From assembly GCA_964016885.1 (NCBI GenBank), contig OZ024753.1, positions 41,168,001-41,232,000 on the forward strand: a stretch of 64,000 nt of DNA, in the 5' to 3' direction. The DNA comes from Eledone cirrhosa. Taxonomy: Eukaryota. The position numbers and the translations under genes were made by a program. The notes below the pieces were generated by a model, which did not search any database, was not told the DNA's origin, and saw only the letters and a list, made by a program, of their open reading frames with translations. Shown here in pieces: positions 11,683 to 26,415 of this stretch; positions within the stretch are counted from its first letter, which is position 1, and each line of letters opens with the position of its first letter.

Positions 11683-11934
11683 TTTACACACTGACTGTAA
11701 AATATGGGAGGTTTATTTTTTGCTGCACTTTCTTTATAATACACATAACCCCAACTCCAATATACACGCACATACATACACATACACATACACACACATA
11801 TGTGTCTGTATACTTATATGTGTGTATGTATTTGTATATGTGTCTATATGGGTATATACATATATATTGCGAACATTGGAAATGTAGTTGTCTCAACGTA
11901 AATAACTGTAAAAACAGTTGATTACTATTTATCT

Positions 11935-12450
11935 TCACTTTCTCACATGTTCAGTAATGGGTGGATCAAGTTTATTATATGTTTAGAAGAGAGGAGAGCA
12001 AAGTAAAATTTTGAGCTGTGCCTGTACTTTCTCACATAATCACTAGTAGGTGCCTCAAGATCATTGTATATTTAGAGGAGAGGAGAGAAAAGTAGAATTT
12101 TGAGCTTTGCTTGCACTTTCTCACAAATTTACCAGTAAGAGGCTCAAGATTATAGTATGTTTAGAAGAGAGCAGAGAAAAGTAGGGTTTTGAGCTGTGCT
12201 AGCACTTTCTCACATCTTTACTAATTGGTGGCTCAAGTTTATTGTATGTTTAGAAGAGAGGAGAGGAAAGTAGGTTTGAGCTGTTCTAGCACTTTCTCAT
12301 ATCTTCACTAATGGGTGGCTCAAGTTTATTGTATGTTTAGAAGATAGGAGATCAAAGTAGAGTTTTGAACCATGTCTACATGTTCTTACATGTTAACTAA
12401 TGGGTAGCTCAAGAGTATTTATTGTATATTTAGAAGAGAAGAGAGGAGAT
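11935..12450 (+). repeat. Diverged ~89-bp tandem repeat (~6 copies)
   Basis: Recurring ACTTTCTCACAT...CTCAAG...GTATGTTTAGAAGAGAGGAGAG..AAGTAG..TTTTGAGCTGT. Confidence 0.85.
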
Positions 12451-13218
12451 CATTTTTCAACAGATGCTACATTTTCCTACATGGTGACTCAGAGGTGATT
12501 CAAGGATCATTATTTTATGTTTAGCAAGGCGGTGGATTGGCAGTATCGGTAGGTGGTCAGACACCATACTTTGCAGCATAGAGTTATGGTCCTTTATGAG
12601 CTAAGTTCAAATCCCGCCAAGGTTAACTTTGCCTTTCATCCTTACTGGGTCAATAAAATAAAGCACAAGTAAAGTACTGGGGTTGATTTTATCGACTTTT
12701 CTCTCCCCCAAAATTACTGGCCTTGTGCCTATACTAGAAATCATTATTTTCTGTTTAGCAGAGAGAAGATTAGAATAGTATTTTGAGCTGTGTCTGTATT
12801 TCTGAGTATTAACTAGTAGGTAATTAGTTCTCTGTATATTTAGAAGAGAGGAGAGGAGAATGAAAACTTGAATAGTTTCCTTATTTGCACACATATCGAA
12901 ATAAACTAGATACAACTGTGGGTGGGTGTGGAGAGGATTGAAAGCAAATTCCAGTATCAGGTGGTTAAGGGTTTTATCGTATTTCTATGTCACTCCTTTA
13001 GCCGTTCCATTCTACATGCTAGAGTCAATTAAAACAGTAGAAATGAAGATGACTAAGGAAGATTTGTCATCATATAACAGCAGGGGATATCTGGTTTAAT
13101 TTACACTCCTCATTCAATCATGTTATTCTCTCATATTCTTTTACTACATCCTGTCATTTGATTCTGGCCATGCTGGGGCACCACCTTCAACAGATATTTT
13201 TTCAGTCACCTTATCCAC

Positions 13219-13317
<99 letters not shown>

Positions 13318-13451
13318 ATGTTCACGGCCTCGACGGCAGAGCTCAAGCCGTTTCGACAGCTATTTCTGGACTACTACCCTAAGTATTGAGTACTCTGGTG
13401 CGTTATGGTCCATCTGGTTCCTTACCACACTTCCTTCATTATATATATACA

Positions 13452-13485
<34 letters not shown>

Positions 13486-13798
13486 TATATATATATATAT
13501 ATATATACAATATATATATTTTAAAGTTTGGTTCTTATTTTATCGGCATCTTTTTGTTGAACTGCTAAGTTACAAGTCATAAACAAAAACACACACACAC
13601 ATACACACATACACACACAGTAAAATGAATAAAATAATTCATGAAATATAATACCGCCACTCATAATTTATGATGATGATGATGATGATGATTTTCATTG
13701 TAATGATCTGTATCATCACCATCATCATCATTATAAATAGCAATGGTGATGATGATGATGGTGATGGTGATGGTGATGATGGTCATGTCATTATACAC

Positions 13799-13831
<33 letters not shown>

Positions 13832-13887
13832 GTCATCATCACCTCTATGTGGTGTATATATATATATATGTGTATATATCTATAATG

Positions 13888-14470
13888 GAGGCACATGGCT
13901 TAGTGGTTAGAGCATTGGGATTGCAATCGAAAGGTTGTGAGTTCAATTCTCAGACCGGGTGATGTGTTGTTTCCTTGAGCAAGACACTTTATTTCACATT
14001 GCTCCAGTTTACTCAGCTGTAGAAATGAGATGATAGGGACTGGGGTCCCTATCATTCCACTGCAAAGTGGTCGTGGAGGTGCCACAGCAAAAAAGCACCC
14101 AGCACTCACTGTAAATGAGGTTGGTGTTAGGAAGGGCATCCAGCTGTAGAAATGAGATGATGGGGTCCATATCATTCCACTGCAAAGTGGTCGTGGAGGT
14201 GCCACAGCAAAAAAGCACTCAGCACTCACTGTAAATGAGGTTGGTGTTAGGAAGGGCATCCAGCTGTAGAAATGAGATGATGGGGTCCATATCATTCCAC
14301 TGCAAAGTGGTCGTGGAGGTGCCACAGCAAAAAAGCACCCAACACTCACTGTAAATAAGGTTGGTGTTAGGAAGGGCATCCAGCTGTAGAAATCAAGCCA
14401 GAATCAGTTCCCGTCCCACCCTTGCAAGCAGGGAAAAAGCGAACGTAAAATGAAATGATGATGAATGATG
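13888..14470 (+). mobile_element. CORE-type tRNA-SINE with an internal 120-bp triplication and an (ATG)n tail
   Basis: tRNA head TGGCTTAGTGGTTAGAG...GAGTTCAATTC; CORE-like TTCCTTGAGCAAGACACTTTATTTCAC; three 120-bp units at 14020-14390. Confidence 0.8.
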
Positions 14471-15289
14471 ATGATGTGTGTATATATATATGTATATAAC
14501 TATGTATGTATGTATATATGTGTGTATGTATATATGTATATATGTATATAAGTATGTATATATGTGTATGTATATATGTGTGTATGTATATATGTATATA
14601 AGTATGTATGCATGCATATATGTGTGTATGTATATATGTATATAAGTATGTATATATGTGTGTGTATGTATATATGTATGTATCTTCTCCATTAGATTTT
14701 TATGTAGACCTACAGTAGTTATCTTAGAATATTTTGCTAGTTGCATAACCCCCTTCTGCTATGTGTTCGTGATAGGTATAATATTTCTACATCTGATATT
14801 AGACAGTATATTCTAAATATCATTATTTTTCTTGGGGTCGATAAAATAAAGTACGAGTAATGCACTGGGTAATTGCTGGCCTTGTGCCTAAAGTAGAAAC
14901 AATTATTTTTCTTGTTTTTCTTTTATGTAGTCCTGTTAATTCTTTTAGTATCCAGTTCAGACTATTAAAAGTACACTTTTAATATGACTTTGTTCACTAA
15001 AATATTGATAACTATTACCATATTCTATATATTTAATTCTGTCTTAAGTAGTAATTTAATCTGTCTATATTAATCCTTTCTAATCTTTTCTTTCATCTGT
15101 GTGTGTTGAACCCAGTCTAGTTCATTGAATCCTAATTATTTGTAAGTCTGTGTTTGATCGAATTTTCTATCTGTTGTCACTAAATATATAGTGTTCTATC
15201 TATTAATATATATTTGTCTAGCAGAATGTAAATTAAAGCATACATCATATATATAATATAAGAAACAAATTATTCTTTGTGCGTATATA

Positions 15290-16635
15290 TATGTATGAGC
15301 ACATATATATATATGTGTGTGTGTTGTGTGTGTGTGTATTTGCATGTATATATATGTGTGTGTGTGTTGTGTGTGTGTATTTGCATGTGTATATATGAGT
15401 GTGTGTGTCTATGTGTGTATTTGAATATAGACAGATAGATAGATATGTGTGTGTGTGTGTATTTGCATGTGTATGTATGTGTGTGTGTGTGTCTATGTGT
15501 GTATTTGAATATAGACAGATAGATAGATATGTGTGTGTGTTGTGTGTGTGTGTGTATTTGCATGTGTATATATGTGTGTGTGTGTCTATGTGTGTATTTG
15601 AATATAGACAGATAGATAGATATGTGTGTGTGTGTGTATTTGCATGTGTATATATGTGTGTGTGTGTCTATGTGTGTATTTGAATATAGACAGATAGATA
15701 GATATGTGTGTGTGTGTGTATTTGCATGTGTATATATGTGTGTGTTTGAATATAGACAGATAGATAGATATGTGTGTGTGTGTGTATTTGCTTGTGTATA
15801 TATGTGTGTGTGTATTTGCATGTATATATATATATGTGTGTGTGTCTATGTGTGTATTTGCATGTGTATATGTGTGTGTGTGTGTCTATGTGTGTATTTG
15901 CATGTGTATATATGTGTGTGTGTCTATGTGTGTATTTGAATATAGACAGATAGATAGATATGTGTGTGTGTTGTGTGTGTGTGTATTTGCATGTATATAT
16001 ATATGTGTGTGTGTGTCTATGTGTGTATTTGCATGTGTATATATGTGTGTGTGTGTCTGTGTGTATTTGAATATAGACAGATAGATAGATATGTGTGTGT
16101 GTGTGTATTTGCGTGTGTATATATGTGTGTGTGTGTGTCTATGTGTGTATTTGCATGTGTATATATGTGTGTGTGTGCCTATGTGTGTATTTGAATATAG
16201 ACAGATAGATAGATATGTGTGTGTGTGTGTATTTGCGTGTGTATATATGTGTGTGTCTATGTGTGAATGTTATATTATAATGCTGATAGTATAGATAAAA
16301 TAAATGAAGATAAATGACCGATTACACCAATAATAATATCACCACCAACACCAATACCACCACCACCACCGCCACCACCATCACCACCACTAACACCACC
16401 ACCACCAACACCACCACCAACAGCACCACCACCAATGACACCACCAACACCACCGCCAACATCAATGCCACAACTAACACCACCAACAGTGACACAACCA
16501 GTAACTACACCACCACCAACACCACCACCACTAACACCATCACCACCAACAACAACAACAAAACCAGCAACAACAATAACAATAACAACACCACCAACAA
16601 CACCACCAACACCAACAACATCAACAATCACCACA
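15290..16635. repeat. Complex (TG/TA/GATA) higher-order microsatellite followed by an (ACC/AAC)n tract
   Basis: Direct inspection. Confidence 0.9.
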
Positions 16636-16871
16636 GTAATGATTTCTTAGATGAAGTCAAGGCTACAGGTTTGTAGGTTAATAGAATAGTTAATTGATAT
16701 ATCTATTATCCTCCCCTCCCTGACATTAGAATGGGAGGAGCTCATCTGTTCTAAAGTGGCCCTGATAGGGTATAATTGATGATTGATTAAGTTATGAGAA
16801 GGTATGTAGCATAGTGGTTAGGTGTTGGGTTGACGACTGCAATGTCATGAAATCAATTCCCAAACCAAACT

Positions 16872-17215
16872 GGAAGTATTCCCAATTCTGTGATCCCAAA
16901 AGCAATGGTGCTACTGAGAAAGGACCCTAACAACTATGTTGATAATTTTAGGCCCATAACTCTGCTAAATGTACAATAAGAAATGTTGGCCAATGTTAGT
17001 GATTAGGGTGGCATTTGTTGTTGGGGGTTTAGTAGGGAAGGTGTAGACATATACCAACCCAAACAGATCTATCCATAACAATCTCCACCTTCCTGGCACA
17101 GGGGAAGGGGTGGCATGATCAACTTAGGTCTATCGGAAACTTTTGATAGGATCGACCATCAGTAGCTGGTAGCAGTCCTCAAGGCAGGCGGCTTCTGACC
17201 TGTTTTCTGAGGACA
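16872..17215 (+). mobile_element. Degenerate Tx1/L1-clade RT fragment
   Basis: LLRKDPNNYVDNFRPITLLNV, PNRSIHNNLHL and INLGLSETFDRIDHQ*LVAVLKAGGF, with stops and frameshifts. Confidence 0.75.
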
Positions 17216-17999
17216 AACATGTTGGAGAAGGAAGTGCTACCTTCCAGCCAGTTTGTTGAAAGGTGGATGGGAGTGACACGCATAGCCTGAGGGAATTGGC
17301 CTTCTTCGAGTATACACCAGTAGATTGGAGGAGGATTACGGGGAAGGGACCATCATCATCATCATCATCACCGTTTTACGTCCGTTCTTCCACGCTAGCA
17401 AGGGTTAGACGGGTTGTCCTGTTGTGGGCAGTGTCTGGTCGGCTGACCATGCCTTGCTCATACAGGAACTGATTTTTGCTTGATTTCTACAGCTGGATGC
17501 CCTTCCTAACACCAACCTCATTTACAGTGAGTGCTGGGTGCTTTTTCGTGGCGCCTACACGCCCACTTTACAGTGTGGGCTGGGTGCCTTTTTGCCGTGG
17601 CACCTCCACGACCACCTTACAGTGGGAGGGTGTGGGGGTATATTGTCTATATGCTTCAGCTTGTACCCATGGGAGGTCGGGTACTCTGTATTACTGCGTG
17701 ACGCCAGAGGTCACGGTCGTGTGTCATCGCCTTTGAGAGGTGTAATTGGGTAAGGTTGGCTTTTATCACCTCATCCCAGGTCTTACCCTAATGGGTTTTC
17801 ATTTGAAATACAACAAGGAAAAGGTTAAAAATAGAAGAACTACTTGATCAGAGCTGGTCTGAAGCTAAATGATAACAACAACTGGTATTTTCAGAGCAGT
17901 TGAGTTTGGTAAACACTTTGAAATCTAGCCCAAAGTATTTGCTCCCTACCCCACCTGACTCACCCTGATCCTAATCATTCTTCTCCTACCCTTCATCAC

Positions 18000-18622
18000 C
18001 ATCAACACCACAAAAAAATGACACTGCCACCAATAGCAACACCATTAGCAACACCAACACCATCACCACCAACAACACAAATACCAACACCAACAACACC
18101 ACCACCACTACCACCAACAAGAACACCAACACCACCATCAACACAAATACCAACACCAACAACAACACCACCACCACTACCACCAACAAGAACACCAACA
18201 CCAACACCAACACCACCAACAACACAAATACCAACACCAACAACAACACCACCACCACTACCACCAACAAGAACACCAACACCACCATCAACACCAACAC
18301 CATCACCAACAACAACACAAATACCAACAACAACAACAACACCACCACCACTACAACCAACAAGAACACCAACACCACCATCAACACCAACACCATCACC
18401 AACAACACAAATACCACCAACAACAACAACACCACCACCACTACAACCAACAACAACACCAACACCACCATCAACAACAACACCACCACCACCACTACCA
18501 CCAACAAGAACACCAACACCACCATCAACAACAACACCACCACCACTACCACCAACAAGAACACCAACACCACCATCAACAACAAGAACAACACCACCAC
18601 CACCAGCAACCACCACCATCAC
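18000..18622. repeat. (ACC/AAC)n degenerate trinucleotide array with higher-order units
   Basis: Direct inspection. Confidence 0.9.
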
Positions 18623-18999
18623 TAGCAAAAGCTAGCTACTATGTAGGAAGAGGCTAATTATTCCGAAACCGAGAAAATTAAAATTAGAGCCAGATTTGAA
18701 ATGAGAGAATTTGGTAGAGAGCCCCACCCATACTTGGGGAGTAGATGAAACTGATAGGGAATGAAACAGATAATTACATTATAAAAAAAAGTGTACTTCA
18801 GTGTAGGAAAAAAGCAAAAAAAGCCCGATTAATGTAAAACAATCTAAACTCAATCGTAGAAAATGTTTTGAATTTCAGAGTTATATAAGTCTGGCAACTG
18901 ACAGCCATTCATTTTACATTTATCATTTGTTTCTTGGTCTAATGGAGTAAAGTTGTTGGATATTTGTTATCTTCTTAAGGCAACATTCAACACTGTAAT

Positions 19000-20185
19000 T
19001 GCTTTAGTTTGAACACATGGTCTCAGATCAAGTCATCTGCCAGACACGTAAAACTGTGGCTAAATGGACTCTTCCACTCCGAAGAAATTGCTTTAGTTTG
19101 AATACAGTCTCATATCAAGTCACCTGCCAGACAAGTACAACTGTGGCTAAATGGACTTTTCCACTCCGAAGAAATTGCTTTAGTTTGAATACAGTCTCAT
19201 ATCAAGTCACCTGCCAGACAAGTACAACTTTGGCTAAATGGACTCTTCCATGCTGAAATTGCTTGAGTTTGAACTCACAGTCTCAGATCAAGTCACTTGC
19301 CAGACAAGTACAACTGTGGCTAAATGGACTCTTCCATGCTGTATTTGCTTTAGTTTGAACACACATACAAGTACAACTATGGCTAAATTGACTCTTCCAT
19401 TGCTTCAGTTTTCACACAATCTCAGATCAAGTCACTTGCCAGACAAGTACAACTATGGCTAAATGGACTCTTCCATGCTGTAATTACTTTAATTTCAAAA
19501 GTCTCATATCAAATCACCTGCCAGACACATACACCTATGGTTAAGTGGACTCTTCCACATTGTAATTAATTTAGTTTCAACACAATCTCAGATCAAGTCA
19601 CTTGCCATGTATGTACTGCTGTGACTATATGATTCTTCCATGATGTCATTGCCTTAAATTCAACACACCAAAGTCTCAGATCAAGTCATCTGGCAGACAT
19701 GTACAACTGTGGCTAAAATGACTCTTTCACGCTTTAGTATCAACACAGTCTCAGATCAAGTCACCTGGCAGACATGTACAACTGTGGCTAAAATGACTCT
19801 TTCACGCTTTAGTATCAACACAGTCTCAGATCAAGTCACCTGGCAGACATGTACAACTGTGGCTAAAATGACTCTTTCACGCTTTAGTATCAACACAGTC
19901 TCAGATCAAGTTACCTGGCAGACATGTACAACTGTGGCTAAAATGACTCTTTCACGCTTTAGTATCAACACAGTCTCAGATCAAGTCACCTGGCAGACAT
20001 GTACAACTGTGGCTAAAATGATTCTTCCATGATGTAATTGTGTTAGTTTTAACACAGCCTCAGATCAGTGGCTTGGAAGACGCTCTTGTCAACAAAGTGA
20101 CTTGATCTGAGACTGTGTGTTGAAATTAAAATAATTATATCATGGAAGAGTTATTTTAGCCACAGTTGTACATGTCTAGCAAGTG
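19000..20185 (+). repeat. 75-84 bp minisatellite with one inverted terminal copy (20095-20185)
   Basis: Unit CAGTCTCAGATCAAGTCACCTGGCAGACATGTACAACTGTGGCTAAAATGACTCTT...; reverse complement GTGACTTGATCTGAGACTG at 20097. Confidence 0.9.
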
Positions 20186-20658
20186 ACCATCACCACCACC
20201 ACCACCACAATCATAGTTATCATTCCCATCACCATCGCTGTCACCACCATCATTAGCATCACCATCACGACCAGTGGCACCACCACCACTACCACCACTA
20301 TCATTATCATCACACATCACCACCCATCACCACCATTATCATCACCACCACCACTATCATCATTATCATCACACATCACCACCCATCATCACCACCACCA
20401 CTATCATCATTATCATCACACATCACCACCACCATCATCACACACCACCATCATCACACATCACCACCACCACCACCACCACCACCACCACCACGCTTCT
20501 CTCTTTTCCTTTTAAGGATAATTTACCATAATATATTTCTTGCTTTTAAAAGAAATCCTACAATGTTACAATCTTGCTAAATATTTCTTTCAAAACATTT
20601 TTATTGAGATATTGATAAATTTATTTAATTTTCTTATATTTACATTACACTCATGAAA

Positions 20659-20716
<58 letters not shown>

Positions 20717-20800
20717 GCATATATATATATCATCATCTTTTTATGTCCGCTTTTCCCTGCTTGTATATACATGCATATATACATACATATATACTGTATA

Positions 20801-20833
<33 letters not shown>

Positions 20834-20842
20834 ATATATATT

Positions 20843-20873
<31 letters not shown>

Positions 20874-21111
20874 ATATTTATATATATATATATTTATATT
20901 TATATATATATTTATTTATATATTTATATATATATATTTATATTTATATATATATTTATTTATATTTATATATATATTTATTTATATATTTATATATATA
21001 TATATTTATATTTATATATATATTTATATATTTATATTTATATATATATTTATTTATATTTATTTATATATATTTCGTTTCAGAATTGGTAACATGACCC
21101 TCCCAAAGTAT

Positions 21112-21162
<51 letters not shown>

Positions 21163-21329
21163 GGAATGATGTGTACTATTGAAATATCAATGTTCGTTAG
21201 CAGATGTGTTAATGTTACACCACATATGTAAGCAATGACATCGCCTACGATAACATTCCTATAATATAGCCCACTAGTGTATTTCCTGTAGTGATGTGGC
21301 TTTTTCAAATATAATATCTATAATAATGA

Positions 21330-21950
21330 TTTCTGATTTAGGCACAAGGCCAGCAATTTTGTGGGAGAGAGAGGAAAGTAGATTAAATAAACCCTAGTGC
21401 ATTACTGGTACTTTGTTTTATAGACCCCGTAAAGATGAAAGGCAAAGATAACCTTGGTGAGATTTAAATTCAGGATTATGTAAATAATTGTTTCTACTTT
21501 AGGTACAAGGTTAGTAATTTGAAGGCGGGGGAAAGTTGATTAAATCGACCCAAGTGCATTACTGGTACTTTGTTTTATAGACCCCGTAAAGATGAAAGGC
21601 AAAGATAACCTTGGTGGGATTTAAATTCAGGATTATGTAAATAATTGTTTCTACTTTAGGTACAAGGTTAGTAATTTGAAGGCGGGGGAAAGTTGATTAA
21701 ATCGACCCAAGTGCATTACTGGTACTTTGTTTTATAGACCCCGTAAAGATGAAAGGCAAAGATAACCTCGGTGGGATTTAAATTCAGGATTATGTAAATA
21801 ATTGTTTCTACTTTAGGTACAAGGTTAGTAATTTGAAGGCGGGGGAAAGTTGATTAAATCGACCCAAATGCATTACTGGTACTTCATTTTATTGACCCCG
21901 TGAGGATGAAAGGCAAAGCTAACCTCGGTGGGATTTGAACTCAGGATTAT
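21330..21950 (-). repeat. Tandem ~157-bp array of partial SINE family M copies (~4)
   Basis: Repeated ACTGGTACTTTGTTTTATAGACCCCGTAAAGATGAAAGGCAAAGATAACC. Confidence 0.85.
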
Positions 21951-22484
21951 GTCAACAGTTTTGTGGGAGAGAGAGAAAGAAAGTGGTAGAGTAGTGTATT
22001 ATTCCCATTGGATATTTGTGGAGATATTCTTCATTCTGAAGGCGTAAACAGGTAGAAATGATGTAGCTAATATTTTTTTTATACGGATTACATAAGTATA
22101 CACTTGTTCATTATTTTATTTATTCTATATATATGTTGAATTTAAACAGAACCAATCATTCTGTTTGTATAACCAGCCTATAGCTTTCATACTGTTTAAA
22201 ACATCATCTCTGTCAAGTCTTGCGTGATATTGTCTATGGAGTGGTTTTCTTTTTCTTTCTCTTTTTTCCTTTGTATTGTCTTGAATTACACTTCGATTTT
22301 ATTAGTCTATTTATTTATCTATATATATTTTACCATTTCTGTTGTATTCCCAATATCGAAATGATTTCTTCCATGAAATTAGAATCTTAATTTATATTTG
22401 AAATATAAGGAAAGGAGCCTTATGTTAAATTAATCATCGTTATCTTTATTATTGTTAAACAATTATTATTACTATTATGTGGGG

Positions 22485-23260
22485 AATTGGCAGTATCGGT
22501 AGAGGGTCGGACGCCATGCTGGGGTGGTGAATTGGCAGTATCGGTAGAGGGTCGGACGCCATGCTGGGGTGGTGAATTGGCAGTATCGGTAGAGGGTCGG
22601 ACGCCATGCTGGGGTGGTGGATTGGCAGTATCGGTAGAGGGTCGGACGCCATACTGGGGTGGTGGATTGGCAGTATTGGTAGAGGGTCGGACGCCATACT
22701 GGGGTGGTGGATTGGCAGTATCGGTAGAGGGTCGGACGCCATACTGGGGTGGTGGATTGGTAATATCGGTAGAGGGTCGGACGCCATACTGGGGTGGTGG
22801 ATTGGCAGTATCGGTAGAGGGTCGGACGCCATACTGGGGTGGTGGATTGGTAGTATCGGTAGAGGGTCGGACGCCATACTGGGGTGGTGGATTGGTAGTA
22901 TCGGTAGAGGGTCGGACGCCATACTGGGGTGGTGAATTGGTAGTATCGGTAGAGGGTCGGACGCCATACTGGGGTGGTGGATTGGCAGTATCGGTAGAGG
23001 GTCGGACGCCATACTGGGGTGGTGGATTGGTAGTATCGGTAGAGGGTCGGACGCCATACTAGGGTGGTGGATTGGTCGGACGCCATGCTTTCTAGCTTAG
23101 TTACGTCCCTTTACAGTCTGAGTTCAAATCCCGTCGAGGTTAACTTTGCCTTTCATCCTTACGGGGTCGATAAAATAAAGTACCAGTCACACACTGGGGT
23201 CGATTTAATCGACTTTCCCCTCCCCCATAATTGCTGGCCTTGTGCCTACATAAGAAATCA
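22485..23260 (+). repeat. 45-bp minisatellite (~13 copies) made from the SINE-M 5' head, running into a complete SINE-M body
   Basis: Unit GGATTGGCAGTATCGGTAGAGGGTCGGACGCCATACTGGGGTGGT; the last unit continues as the SINE body to ~23260. Confidence 0.92.
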
Positions 23261-24580
23261 CTATTATGTGGTGGACAGGCAGTATCGGTAGAGAGTCGGA
23301 CGCCATGCTTTGAAACACAGACTTAAATCCCTTTACGGTTTAAGTTCAAATCCCGCCGAGGTTAACTTTGCCTTTCATTCTTTCGGGGTCGATAAAATCA
23401 AAAAATCAATTTAATTGGTGGCCTTTTGCCTAAATCAAAATCCATTACTTGGCAAATCAGTAGAGCATCGGACTATATGCTATGTGGCGTTTAGTTATGT
23501 CTCTTGACGTTTTGAGTTCAAATCCTGCCAAGGTTAGTTTTGCCTTTCATCCTTACGGGGTCACGCACTGGGGTCGATTTGGAGTGTTACTGAGAGGTTA
23601 CTAGTGTTATATAGGAAAGAAGCATCACGACCACAACAACAACAACAACAACAACAACACTCCATCAATATAAATACAATGAAAGTAGAGCAAATGTTAA
23701 CGATGTGCCATTTGACGGCTTTATTTTATATAATTTAAAATATTAAGTTAATACTCTTCTGACAAGCCGCTAATGATTTTTTTTTTTCTTCAAATTTATC
23801 ATAAAATATTTGATATATATATCGAATTATTAAAACTATATTGAATGCTATATAATTATAGAATTACCTTATACCTGGCAGATGTCAGTTTAAGTGACAC
23901 TCATGCAATCAATTGCAAATGCCATTTTACTCATAAACACGCAGAAAGGATTTAAGCGCTTTCTCAACTTAATATGAAGAGTTAAATATATAAAAAATGT
24001 AAAATGAATGAAATTTACAGCAGCTCACATGTTTAGAGAATTAAATGACCACCTACGAGTTTCTATCTCACAGCAGGTCTCCACTCTATCATGTTATTGT
24101 AATAATTCATACATATGAAGGTTTAGCTTGGCATCCTACGAGGTAGCATCTCATAGGAAATTTGGATGTTTTAATGATAGGGATTTTACAATCCTACCAT
24201 GTTATTGTTGCTACAGTTCACACCTATAAGGCATAGCTGGCCATTTAAGAGACTGTATCTCATAAAAGAAATTTTGGGTGTTTTCAAGTTCGATAAAAAG
24301 AAAAGAACCAGTTTAATACTGGAATCATCTCTTTCCCACAGCCATTCTATCACGTTGCATTAGGGCAGTGAATTGGCAGTATCGGTAGTGGGCCGGACGC
24401 CATGCTTTGACGCATAGAGTTACGGCCCTTTCCATTCTGAGTTCAAATCCCGCCGAGGTTATTTTAATAAATATTTGCTCTAGGGTTCATATATATTTTA
24501 TATATATTTATCCTTATCGAGCCCTCTTTGGATTTTAGTCTTCACATTTATTATTATTATTATATATAAATATATATATC

Positions 24581-24611
<31 letters not shown>

Positions 24612-25058
24612 ATACATTTGCCCTTTATATATATCTACCACATTGTACCGTCTTTCTGAAACTTAGTCACTTATTGGTCATTTATTACCTATCTCACAAT
24701 ACTATGTATTAACACCATACTTTATTATCCTTTTGTGATGTCAGTGTAGTTGCTTCATTTTGGTTGGTGATCTTTAACAACAGCTGTTTTGATTGATTGA
24801 TTGATTCCACTCTATTCTTCCATTCCTCTGTGTTCTTTGAATGCGCCGTATTCTTTCATTCTTTTGTATTCTTTGAGTGATGCCAATTTCATCCAAATTT
24901 CGCTTTGAAATCTTGATTAATGCCAAAACTACCAGAACTTACTTTTGATTCTATATATATATATAGGAACGAGTAGGACCCCGTGGGCTGAGCTCAAGCC
25001 GTTTCGACGGCTAATTCTGGACTCTCTCTCTATATATATATTATATATTATATATATA

Positions 25059-25094
<36 letters not shown>

Positions 25095-25102
<8 letters not shown>

Positions 25103-25320
25103 TAAAATAACAGATTAAAGTTTAAGCAAAGAATCGCTGCTTTCACCCTTAACGGGATCTTCTGAAACTAACCGTTTAGGGTGGAAGCAGCGATTCTTTG
25201 CTTAAACTTTAATCTGTTATTTTAATAAATATTTGCTCTACGGTTCTTATATATTTGATATATATTTATCCTTATCGAGCCCTCCTTGGATTTTAGTCTT
25301 CAAATTTATTATTATTACTA
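25095..25320. mobile_element. TA-flanked fold-back element (family E); a 3' partial copy lies at 24461-24570
   Basis: ~60-bp arms TTTATTAAAATAACAGATTAAAGTTTAAGCAAAGAATCGCTGCTT / AAGCAGCGATTCTTTGCTTAAACTTTAATCTGTTATTTTAATAAA. Confidence 0.65.
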
Positions 25321-25786
25321 TATATATATATATATATTTATGTATATAAATATATACATATATATTGACTTTCCGTATTTATTCTTTGTATGAAATATTG
25401 ATTGTTCTTCCGGTATCTTATCTCTGTTTTTAGCCTAAGAAAATACCTATATGCGTGTATAAATAATACATGCATATATTTTTTTTTTTTATATCCAATT
25501 GACTTCTTCACGCATGGTTAACATTATTGAAAGAATTAATTGACCCGCGTGCGTATTATTTTATTATTTTTGTTTTGCGATGACCTCCCCTTTTCGCTTG
25601 ATGGCAGTGTGAGATTTCTCATTATGAGACTGCTGGAATTTCAAATTTGGCGGTCATTCTGGCACGGAGGGGTACCATCGCTGAACATTAAGTACCAGTA
25701 ATGCACTGGGTAATTGCTGGCCTTGTGCCTAAAGTAGAAACAATTAATATCGGTAAGGTTTTTTTTATATCGATATTTGTTGGGCA

Positions 25787-25908
25787 TCCACTGATGATTT
25801 ATAAGTGCCCACCTACATATATTCCTACGGACTGTGTGTAGGCTTCTACATAACCTGGACATTATTTTCCCAATTTGTAGAAAACTTATAATGAAACGAT
25901 CGTTTGGA
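25787..25908 (+). ncRNA. Type I hammerhead ribozyme motif with branched helix II (family H)
   Basis: UCCA-CUGAUGA-UUUAUAAGU...ACUUAUAAU-GAAA-CGAUCG-UU-UGGA. Confidence 0.75.
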
Positions 25909-26284
25909 AAGAGAGATGTATTTTAATTATGTCCCATATAAAATAATACAACTGGCTATCCGCAAAATACGTATAGTTAGCACCCCAAACGTATAATTGG
26001 GATTATACTAAGGTGTATCCTAATGTTTGTTGAGTGAGACGGAGGCCGGTCGGGGTATTGCTTAAAGCTTTCTCTGTTTATGTATTAAATACATATATAT
26101 TTATATATATATACATACATACATATACATACATATATATATGTATATATATATATATATGTGTGTGTATATATATATACAGTATATATATATAAGAAAC
26201 GATCGACTTTTTTGTCAAATCGGACCGAGGGAATAATGTTTCCGTTGGTCTTTCCAATTGCTAATACTATCTATCGGTCGCAAC

Positions 26285-26415
26285 TCCAGGTAGAAGGAGC
26301 AACGTGAAATAAAGTGTCTTGCTCAAGGACATAACGCATCGCCTGGTCCAGGAATCGAACTCACAACCTTACGATTGCGAATACAATTCTCTAACCACTC
26401 AGCCACACGCCTTCA
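26285..26415 (-). mobile_element. CORE-type tRNA-SINE 5' part
   Basis: Reverse complement GGCGTGTGGCTGAGTGGTTAGAG...GAGTTCGATTCCTGG...TGTCCTTGAGCAAGACACTTTATTTCACG. Confidence 0.8.

Noticed and set aside
18018-18635. Pro/Thr-rich mucin-like ORF (also 16314-16676, 30446-30943 and 62813-63392)
   Set aside because: These are trinucleotide microsatellites without splice or unique-domain support.
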